This document shows, piece after piece, positions 45,713 through 53,688 of a stretch of DNA of 64,000 nucleotides (positions within the stretch are counted from its first letter, which is position 1; each line of letters starts with the position of its first letter). The notes under the pieces were generated by a model. It saw only the letters and a program-made list of their open reading frames with translations, ran no database searches and was not told the origin of the DNA. A program made the position numbers and the translations under genes. The stretch spans positions 559 through 64,558 of the forward strand of contig CABZTA010000002.1 in NCBI GenBank assembly GCA_902528485.1, read 5' to 3'. This DNA is from an uncultured SAR86 cluster bacterium. Its GTDB lineage: Bacteria > Pseudomonadota > Gammaproteobacteria > Magnimaribacterales > AG-339-G14.

Positions 45713-46097
45713 ACAATTTCCTACCTTTTTAATTACTGCTGGTGTTGCTGCTTTAGTAAATCTGGCCAGTAGATATTTTTTAAATTTATATATTTCTTTC
45801 GAGTTATCTGTTTTCTTAGCTTACTGTGTGGGAGTTGTTGTGGCTTACACCCTAGCAAAATATTTTGTCTTTGTTTCTAGAAATGAAGATTTAGGTTTAG
45901 AGTTTCTAAGATTCATCATTGTAAATGTTATTTCTTTGGCAATCGTTTGGACAGTTAGCGTGTCTTTAAGAAATATTATCTTTCCTGGATTTGAGATGGA
46001 TTTTTATCCCGAAACAGTCTCGCACATCATCGGGGTAGCAAGTCCTGCTATTTTTAGTTTTTTTGCACATAAGACTTACACTTTTAACGAAAGATAA
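45693..46097 (+). CDS. GtrA-family small membrane protein (candidate polyprenyl-phospho-sugar translocase)
   Basis: 134 aa with four hydrophobic helices. The FLRFIIVNVISLAI and HKTYTF ending are typical of GtrA-like proteins. TTG start. Confidence 0.7.
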   Translation: MKKSLSRQFPTFLITAGVAALVNLASRYFLNLYISFELSVFLAYCVGVVVAYTLAKYFVFVSRNEDLGLEFLRFIIVNVISLAIVWTVSVSLRNIIFPGFEMDFYPETVSHIIGVASPAIFSFFAHKTYTFNER

Positions 46098-46134
46098 AAA
46101 ATAAATTACTCTTTGGATATCTTATAATTAGGAA

Positions 46135-46803
46135 ATGAAAACAAAAGATCCTGTAAACCAAGATTTGATTGAGCATGAAATAAATTCTGGATACGAAAAA
46201 CTTGGTCTTATGAATAGTAAAGTTTGGTCAGAAGATCCTAAAAGACTCATATTTACACTATCTAGGTACAAATTTGTTTCAAAGATGTTTAATGGAATTG
46301 ATTCTGTTCTAGAAATAGGTTGCGGTGATGGATTTGGATCTAAAATAGTTAATCAAACGGTAAAGAATTTAACTATATCTGACTATGATCCACTATTCAT
46401 AGATCGTTTTAACGCAGACTTAAATACGAAGTCAGATATTAAAGCGGTTACTCACGATTTTTTAGAAAAAGAATTTTCTAAATCTTTTGATGCAATTTAT
46501 TCATTAGATGTTTTAGAACACATACATCCTGAAAAGGAACACTTATTTATTTCAAACTGTGTGAAGTCTTTAAAAAAAGATGGTGCATTAATATTTGGCA
46601 TGCCGAGCCTAGAATCTCAGTTGTATGCATCTCCAGCAAGCAAAGAAGGCCATGTGAATTGTAAATCTGGTAATGACTTTAAAGAATGTATGGAAAAATA
46701 CTTTAAAAATGTTTTCCTATTTTCAATGAATGATGAGGTCATTCATACAGGCTTTGAAAAAATGTCACATTATTTGTTTACTCTTTGCGTAGGTAAAATC
46801 TAA
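46135..46803 (+). CDS. Class I SAM-dependent methyltransferase
   Basis: VLEIGCGDGFGS motif I, DAIYSLDVLEHI. 222 aa. Confidence 0.75.
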   Translation: MKTKDPVNQDLIEHEINSGYEKLGLMNSKVWSEDPKRLIFTLSRYKFVSKMFNGIDSVLEIGCGDGFGSKIVNQTVKNLTISDYDPLFIDRFNADLNTKSDIKAVTHDFLEKEFSKSFDAIYSLDVLEHIHPEKEHLFISNCVKSLKKDGALIFGMPSLESQLYASPASKEGHVNCKSGNDFKECMEKYFKNVFLFSMNDEVIHTGFEKMSHYLFTLCVGKI

Positions 46804-47573
46804 TGAGATTAATTATTGGTGCAGATAGTAAGGTTGGATCTGCACTAGCTAGAAATTGGGCAAGGAAAAACATTAAGTTTCACGGAACTTCTAGAAGAAA
46901 TGCTCCTGAGTCAGAGAATATTTTTTTTGACCTATCAGACTTTGAATCTTCAAGTCTAAAAAAAGTCTACGATAAAATAGTTCTGTGTGCTGCTATTACA
47001 GATATGAACTATTGTGAAAATAATCCAGAAAAGAGCCATTCAATAAATGTCGATGCTGTAAAAAAGATATTGGATTTTTTTTATGATTCTAAACAAATAA
47101 TACTTCTCTCAAGCTCGCAAGTATTTGATGGTTCTAAACCTTTTAGGCAACCTAACGAAAAGAAAAATCCTATAAACGAATATGGAAAACAAAAATCAGT
47201 AATGGAAGATATTGCTTTAGCATATGAGAATGCAACTATTTTAAGATTTAGTAAAATTGTTGATGAGAAAGATGAATTATTCCTCAATTGGAAAAAAGAT
47301 CTTCTTTCAGAGAAAGAAATTTATGCATTTTATGATTACAGCATCTCTGCAACCCCAATTGAAAAAGTAGTCTCAAAGATAAATACTTTAATGGATAAAG
47401 AAGTTTTTGGAACATTTCATTGTGAAGGAAAAAAAGATCAGCCTTATTATGAGTATGCTAAAGATTTGGCAGTAAGCTTAGATCGGTCAGTGAGCCTTGT
47501 TAAAAAGATTTCATACAAAGAGAAAAAATTCGATTATAAACTTCCTCGTTATGTTAGTTTGAGGGATACTTAA
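46803..47573 (+). CDS. Sugar-nucleotide-binding reductase-like protein (RmlD/extended-SDR-like)
   Basis: 256 aa. N-terminal MRLIIGADSKVGSAL and a YGKQK active-site-like motif. Weak assignment. Confidence 0.4.
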   Translation: MRLIIGADSKVGSALARNWARKNIKFHGTSRRNAPESENIFFDLSDFESSSLKKVYDKIVLCAAITDMNYCENNPEKSHSINVDAVKKILDFFYDSKQIILLSSSQVFDGSKPFRQPNEKKNPINEYGKQKSVMEDIALAYENATILRFSKIVDEKDELFLNWKKDLLSEKEIYAFYDYSISATPIEKVVSKINTLMDKEVFGTFHCEGKKDQPYYEYAKDLAVSLDRSVSLVKKISYKEKKFDYKLPRYVSLRDT

Positions 47574-47587
47574 ATTTGGGGTTAGAT

Positions 47588-48151
47588 ATGGAAAAACAAA
47601 TTCTTCAAGATTATTTTAATGATCTATCAAAACTGCTTAGTTTTGATGATGAAATACTGCATAAGATAGTTGAAATTAAATCAAAGATTATTACCACCAA
47701 CGAAAATGGCGGGAAAATATTAATTTTTGGAAATGGTGGAAGTGCAGCTATTGCCTCTCATTTTAGTGTTGATCTTACAAAAAATGCCAAGGTGAGATCT
47801 GTCAACTTTAATGAAGCAGATCTTATAACTTGTTTCGCTAATGACTTTGGCTTTGAGAATTGGATTGCAGAGGCAATAAATTTTTATGCCGACGAACAGG
47901 ATTCCGTAATTTTTATCTCCTCAAGTGGAAAATCTCAGAATATGGTTTTAGGAGCTGAAAAGGCTAAACAAAGTAACCTCAATTCAATTATTACCTTCAC
48001 TGGATTTGAAAAGGATAATCTTTTATCGTCGAAAGGTGACATTAATATTTGGATCGACTCTAAAGCTTATAATTTTGTTGAAAATATCCATCAAATCATT
48101 CTCTTATCGATAGTGGATTTGATAATTGGAGATAGACATTACGAAGCATAA
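47588..48151 (+). CDS. SIS-domain phosphoheptose isomerase paralogue (GmhA-like)
   Basis: IFGNGGSAAIASHFSVDLTKN, ANDFGFENW and SSSGKSQN motifs. ATG 47588 is preferred over TTG 47576. Confidence 0.7.
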   Translation: MEKQILQDYFNDLSKLLSFDDEILHKIVEIKSKIITTNENGGKILIFGNGGSAAIASHFSVDLTKNAKVRSVNFNEADLITCFANDFGFENWIAEAINFYADEQDSVIFISSSGKSQNMVLGAEKAKQSNLNSIITFTGFEKDNLLSSKGDINIWIDSKAYNFVENIHQIILLSIVDLIIGDRHYEA

Positions 48152-48262
48152 CTTCATTTAAATTAGTTGTAATTCATTCGTGCACTTTTTTAAGTAATTC
48201 TTATAAATAAATTTAATTGTATTTCCATTTAAGAATTATAATGGCTAAAACTTAAATACATA

Positions 48263-48943
48263 ATGGACGATTATTTAGAGAAAAGTTTTTCTCAAGAAGG
48301 ACAAGATTTAATTCTCAAATCTATTTTTAGGAATGTTGAAGTTGGAAATTATTTGGAAATAGGTTCCTATAAACCAGCAGATCTCAGCAATACTTATAAA
48401 CTTTATCTTGAAGGATGGCGGGGAGTTTGTATTGATGGAAATCCATCATTGAAAAAAGAATGGCTTGATAAAAGACCTCAAGATATTTTTATAAATACAT
48501 TTGTAACTGATAAAAAAAAATCCGTAACCTATAGTATTTTTCCAGAGAAATTTGAGACTATGAACTCGATTGATCCTCAAACTTCATTGAGATATGCGCA
48601 AAGATTTAAAAAATCAGAAATTCAAACTGAAGTTCATGAGGCTGATGGAGTTAATGAAATTCTCGAAAAATACTTTAATAATAAAGAGCTCCATCTTATT
48701 TGTTGTGATGTTGAAGGATCAGAGTTTAAAATTTTTAACAGCATAGATTTTGATAAGTTTTTTCCAGGGGCAATCTTAGTAGAGGTAAAAAATTTTAATT
48801 TCTCCTCATTCAAAGAGGATAAGTTAGTATCCCTTTTGTATAAAAAAGGCTACAAATTATTTTCTAAAACTCCTCTTGATTGCTTTTTTGTTCATCCTTC
48901 AAAGAAATATTTTGATTGGGTTCCTAAAGAAATGTTGATTTGA
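48263..48943 (+). CDS. Putative methyltransferase (FkbM-like)
   Basis: 226 aa. YLEIGSYKPADLSNT ... GVCIDGNP ... CCDVEGSEF resembles the FkbM-type layout. Modest confidence. Confidence 0.4.
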   Translation: MDDYLEKSFSQEGQDLILKSIFRNVEVGNYLEIGSYKPADLSNTYKLYLEGWRGVCIDGNPSLKKEWLDKRPQDIFINTFVTDKKKSVTYSIFPEKFETMNSIDPQTSLRYAQRFKKSEIQTEVHEADGVNEILEKYFNNKELHLICCDVEGSEFKIFNSIDFDKFFPGAILVEVKNFNFSSFKEDKLVSLLYKKGYKLFSKTPLDCFFVHPSKKYFDWVPKEMLI

Positions 48944-50142
48944 AAATAATAATAAAAAGCATTAAGTTCTTACTAAAAGCTTTTCTATCTTTTACAATTC
49001 TTCCATTCTTAATCTTGATAAGATTCTTATCCTTTTTTCTTCTGATCAGAGTTGGTTTTTTATATGTCGATAGAATTGGTCATTTGATTGCTGACCTAGA
49101 ATTATATTTATCTGAAAAAAAACTTGAGATCGAACCTAATTCAATAGATATTTTCTTCTTATCAGGTAAACCAGCAAATTCTTTTGCAATTGACCTTGCC
49201 AAACGAAATTTGAATACTGTAAATGGTTTGGGTTTTATTATTGATTTAAACAATTTTCTACCTTTCTCCAAGAAACATTCATACAAGCCATATATTATTA
49301 GAACTTCTTCAAGGGATACATCAGGAACTTTAAAAAAAGTTAGCCCTCAATTGAAATTCACCGCTGATGAAAACAAGAGAGGAGAAGATTTTCTTAAGTC
49401 TATAGGACTCAAAAAAGATCAAAAATTTGTCTGTTTTACTATTAGAGATAATCAATATCTTAAAAATGAGTTCCCGGATATAGATTTTTCATATCATTCT
49501 TACAGAGACTCAGATATTTCTAAATTTTATCCATCTTTTAATTATTTGCTGGAAAAAGGATATGCCCTTTTTAGGATGGGAAAGCATGTCTCTTCTGAGG
49601 TAAAAATTGATAATCCCTCATTTTTTGATTATTCCATAAGTGACTTTAGGTCAGATTTTTTAGATATCTGGCTAATGGCAAATTGTTCATTTACAGTCAG
49701 CACTGGAACAGGAATTGATGAAGTTGCGAACGCTTTTAGAAAACCTATCTGTTATGTAAATTTTTTACCACTTTTGCTATTTAATTCCTATAATCCCAAG
49801 ACTTTGACTACGCCAAAGACTTTGTTAAATCCAGACACAAAAAAACCTGTGACTATATTAGAAATGATCGAAGAATATGATGATTTAGAGAAATTTCAAA
49901 ATGGGGACCTTTTATATGTTGAAAATACTGAAAACGAGATAATTGATGCTATAAAAGAAATAGAGAGAAAAATAGATAGCAATTGGTCCTTAAATGAAGA
50001 AGAAATGATAATTAGAAACAAAATTTTAAAGTTATTAATGAAATGGGAAAATATTCATATTTTTCATCCAAGGAATTTTAGTAATTCAGGCAATATAAGC
50101 TTTACTTACCTAAAGCAAAGAGAATATTTACTTAATGAGTGA
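48940..50142 (+). CDS. Membrane-anchored protein of unknown function, possible GT-B-like glycosyltransferase
   Basis: 400 aa. N-terminal TM helix, then FTIRDNQYLK ... SYRDSDI ... LFRMGK ... SFTVSTGTGIDEVANAFRKPICYVNF. I recall this pattern from a family of putative glycosyltransferases found in polysaccharide loci, but I have not verified it. Confidence 0.3.
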   Translation: MKIIIKSIKFLLKAFLSFTILPFLILIRFLSFFLLIRVGFLYVDRIGHLIADLELYLSEKKLEIEPNSIDIFFLSGKPANSFAIDLAKRNLNTVNGLGFIIDLNNFLPFSKKHSYKPYIIRTSSRDTSGTLKKVSPQLKFTADENKRGEDFLKSIGLKKDQKFVCFTIRDNQYLKNEFPDIDFSYHSYRDSDISKFYPSFNYLLEKGYALFRMGKHVSSEVKIDNPSFFDYSISDFRSDFLDIWLMANCSFTVSTGTGIDEVANAFRKPICYVNFLPLLLFNSYNPKTLTTPKTLLNPDTKKPVTILEMIEEYDDLEKFQNGDLLYVENTENEIIDAIKEIERKIDSNWSLNEEEMIIRNKILKLLMKWENIHIFHPRNFSNSGNISFTYLKQREYLLNE

Positions 50143-51904
50143 ACTTAAAAATTCAAATGATTCGCTTTTATATAGCATTGTTGCTATAGCTCCTTTTCTT
50201 TTTAGCTTTCTGATCCTTTTAATTCTTACGCAAGGATTAGTAAACATTTTATCTGTCGTTTCCTTGGCGCCCGTTATGGATGTCATCTTAAATAAAAGCG
50301 AAGAGGAATATTCTTTGTTTAGCTCCTATATGGTTAATTTCTTAGATTTACAAGAGCTTACGCTAGAGATTGTATTTTTAACGTTCGTATTACTTTTGTT
50401 TATATCAAATATGCTAGGTATTTATGTCCAATACTGGATTTTAAAAATTAAATACAAGGTAATTATTTATTTTATGAGCGATATCCATGAAACTTTCTTC
50501 AAAGCAAAATATTCTTTTTTTTCAGACTCTAATTCAGGGGAGTTAATTAATTCGTTTCAGAAAGAAGCAGAAAAACTAGGAGATATTTTTGGCTCTATTG
50601 GTAAGTTAGTTTCAAATTCTTTACAATTAATTATATACCTCAGCATTCCTTTTTTTATTTCAATAAACATGACTCTTATGTTTATAGCTGCTGTAGCATT
50701 TTTTTCGATACCTCTTCTTATGATGAATAGATACATTTATCCATTCGGTGAAAAAAATACCTCAACCGCAAATGAATACGTGTCGTATTTGCAGCAAACA
50801 TTTGATGCTGCAAAGCTTATTTTAATTTTCTCTAGACAAAAGAAGTCTTTGCAAGAATTTAAATCAAAATTTTTGAATCACGCTAATGTAAGTGTTCCTT
50901 TTCAAACATTATTATTTTCTATTAATTTACTGACTGTTCCTTTAGGTTTGTCTGCTGCTCTCATTGCAGTGTACGTTGGTTTTTATAACGGAGTTTCTCT
51001 GTCATTGATTACAATTATATTGTTCTCTTTTTTTAGAATAACTCCCTTGTTAAGTGCAACTTTTACTTCTAGATCAGAAATCGTTGGATTCTCTCCAGCC
51101 TTCGAACAGTTAAAAAATTTAAAAAATATTGCTATAAAAAATAAATTTAAAAACGGAAGTTTAGTTTTTGAAAATTTTGATTCCATAAAAATTTCAGAAT
51201 TGTCTTTTTCATATAATAAAGATAATTATGCTTTAAAAGATATTTCTATGGATATTTATCAGGGAAAAACTATATCCATAATTGGAGAATCAGGGTCTGG
51301 AAAAACGACAATTGTAGATATCCTTTTAGGCCTATATAAAGGAAATTCAGGAGAGATAAAAATAAATGATATTGATCTATATGATTACGATATAAATAGC
51401 TTTCGGGAGAGAGTAGGAGTAGTTTCTCAAGATTCTTTTTTATTTGATCAATCAATAAGACATAACCTACTTTGGGCTAATCATTTAGCAACCGAAGATG
51501 AAATGTGGAATGTTATTGAGAAATCTCAAATAGCTGACTTTGTAAAATCTCAGAAAAATGGATTGGATACGATAGTAGGAAACAGAGGTGCTCGAATGTC
51601 TGGAGGTCAGAGACAAAGAATTTCTTTAGCAAGAGCACTCATCAAAAAACCAGATCTGATTATTTTAGATGAAGCTACTAGCTCTTTGGATGTTGATTCT
51701 GAAAGAAAAATTCAAGAATCAATTGATAACCTAAATCAAAGCTATACCTTCTTAATAATTGCACACAGATTATCGACAATAAAAAATTCTGATTATATTT
51801 ATGTGCTTGATAATGGCTCAATATTTGAGGAAGGAAGTTATGATGACTTAATTCGCGATGAAAATTCTTATTTGAGTAGAATGGGCAATCTTCAAAAATC
51901 TTAA
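50135..51904 (+). CDS. ABC exporter, fused permease and ATPase (MsbA/PglK-type half-transporter)
   Basis: 589 aa. Six N-terminal TM helices, Walker A GESGSGKTT, signature MSGGQRQRISLARAL and Walker B IILDEATSSLD. Confidence 0.88.
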   Translation: MSELKNSNDSLLYSIVAIAPFLFSFLILLILTQGLVNILSVVSLAPVMDVILNKSEEEYSLFSSYMVNFLDLQELTLEIVFLTFVLLLFISNMLGIYVQYWILKIKYKVIIYFMSDIHETFFKAKYSFFSDSNSGELINSFQKEAEKLGDIFGSIGKLVSNSLQLIIYLSIPFFISINMTLMFIAAVAFFSIPLLMMNRYIYPFGEKNTSTANEYVSYLQQTFDAAKLILIFSRQKKSLQEFKSKFLNHANVSVPFQTLLFSINLLTVPLGLSAALIAVYVGFYNGVSLSLITIILFSFFRITPLLSATFTSRSEIVGFSPAFEQLKNLKNIAIKNKFKNGSLVFENFDSIKISELSFSYNKDNYALKDISMDIYQGKTISIIGESGSGKTTIVDILLGLYKGNSGEIKINDIDLYDYDINSFRERVGVVSQDSFLFDQSIRHNLLWANHLATEDEMWNVIEKSQIADFVKSQKNGLDTIVGNRGARMSGGQRQRISLARALIKKPDLIILDEATSSLDVDSERKIQESIDNLNQSYTFLIIAHRLSTIKNSDYIYVLDNGSIFEEGSYDDLIRDENSYLSRMGNLQKS

Positions 51905-53688
51905 TTTATCAAATATACAAAATAAGTTTCGTTAAAAAATACAACTTCAAAATCAAGACCTTTAGCTTTTGAAATCAAGAAATTACTATCAGATATCTCA
52001 GCAAGATAATTAACATCATTTTTATTAATTTGTGAAAACTTTTTATAAATTTCTTTTTTAGCAAAATTGTCAAACCATCCTCTTTCTGAGACTTTCTCTA
52101 ACTTCCAAAAATCTAAAACAAAATCGCTAAATTTTTCAGTTTCACGATCTTGAACTCTATAAACTTCTGGAATAAATGGAAAAGGCCTAAAGGTCGATCT
52201 ATTTGAGAGACCATTCATCTGAATTTCATATTCAATAGTTATGAATCTTGAATCAGATGGAGTCTTTTTATCCATCCATTTTAGTAACTGAACAAGCTGA
52301 TGATCTTTTTTATTTGAGAAATTAGATCCATAGAATAAGTTAAAAGATTCCAAAAAAATAAAACAAGAAAAAACTACGGTTAAAAAGTAGGGTAAAAAAT
52401 ATTTATTCGCATCAGAGATTTTTTTATAAAGGAAATAAAAAAATATACTGATAAGTATTGCTGAAATAATTTTTATTAAAACAAAATTACTCAATTTCAA
52501 AAAATTTAGATCAAAAATAATCCAGGATGCAAAAGATTTATGTGAACCAATAAGGATAAAGAAAATAATTAAACAACTTAATTGCCATTTATTTTTTGAA
52601 GTCACCAAAAAATTTAGAATATAAAAAATCAGTACAGGAAAAATCAATAACTGGATATAAACAGATGATCTCATCGGGAGAATCTGAACAAATCTGATAT
52701 ATTCTTCTATCTCGAAAAAAAGTATCAGGAAGTGAGAAATAGCATAAAAACATACAAGGCTTGAGATCGAGAAAAAGAGTATCCAGAATTCACTATTTAG
52801 GTTTTTAATTTTTTTATAGAAAAATGTAAAAACTAAAAGCACAGCAAAAAAATTTATAAGAATATTAGGATATTTTTCATATTCCCAGGGATAAATGTGT
52901 CCTCCCACTGTTCCGCTAATAAATGAAAAAATGTGATTATTAGATACTGCAATATCAGAAACACTAACATTGAAGAAATAAATTAAAAATATTGTCAGAA
53001 TACATATCAGTGAAACACTCAGAGTCTTCAGAAAGTATTCTAATGAAATGCAATTAAAAATAAGGTTACTTATCAAGGTTAAATAAAAAATTGGCAAAAT
53101 TAATAAGGCATGCCCAAGATGAAAAAAAATCAATAACTCGACAAGAAAAACAGCCTGAATGAAATTTCTTTTCAAAAGGTTAAAAAATAAATAACAAATG
53201 ATTCCTAATGCATAAAAATTTATATCAGGAAAAGTTTGGAATGAAGTTCCGGGTCCAAAATTTGCAATATTATTATCTAGGATTACTACACCAAGTGAAA
53301 TGAGTGTAATTAGACAAGATAAAAAATTTTCTTTAGTAAAATATTTAGTTAATTTAAAAAAACCAAAAATAAATAAAAGATTTCCTATTACGAGAAATAA
53401 GTAACTTAGATAATAAGGATCTATGTTTAGAGTTTGCTTAAAGAGGACTTGAGCAAGAACTAAAGGATTCAAATAACCAATATTTGTTACAAAAGAAATT
53501 ATGTCATTTTTATAAATTTCAGGATAAAGAATAAGATTTGTACTAAAAATTCCTGAGGTAGATTTATCTTGAATGGCAAGAGCTCTATCAAAGTTACCAA
53601 TTGATAAAACAATACAAATTAATGAAAACGTTAAAAATATTGGAAAACAGTATTTTTCTAGAACTGAATGAAAGTCTTTAATTTTCAA
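51901..53688 (-). CDS. Polytopic membrane protein with a C-terminal soluble domain (candidate polymerase, ligase or GT-C enzyme)
   Basis: 595 aa. About 12 or more hydrophobic segments are followed by a hydrophilic tail of about 150 aa. It overlaps the upstream Wzz-like gene by 4 nt. Confidence 0.4.
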   Translation of the reverse strand: MKIKDFHSVLEKYCFPIFLTFSLICIVLSIGNFDRALAIQDKSTSGIFSTNLILYPEIYKNDIISFVTNIGYLNPLVLAQVLFKQTLNIDPYYLSYLFLVIGNLLFIFGFFKLTKYFTKENFLSCLITLISLGVVILDNNIANFGPGTSFQTFPDINFYALGIICYLFFNLLKRNFIQAVFLVELLIFFHLGHALLILPIFYLTLISNLIFNCISLEYFLKTLSVSLICILTIFLIYFFNVSVSDIAVSNNHIFSFISGTVGGHIYPWEYEKYPNILINFFAVLLVFTFFYKKIKNLNSEFWILFFSISSLVCFYAISHFLILFFEIEEYIRFVQILPMRSSVYIQLLIFPVLIFYILNFLVTSKNKWQLSCLIIFFILIGSHKSFASWIIFDLNFLKLSNFVLIKIISAILISIFFYFLYKKISDANKYFLPYFLTVVFSCFIFLESFNLFYGSNFSNKKDHQLVQLLKWMDKKTPSDSRFITIEYEIQMNGLSNRSTFRPFPFIPEVYRVQDRETEKFSDFVLDFWKLEKVSERGWFDNFAKKEIYKKFSQINKNDVNYLAEISDSNFLISKAKGLDFEVVFFNETYFVYLIN

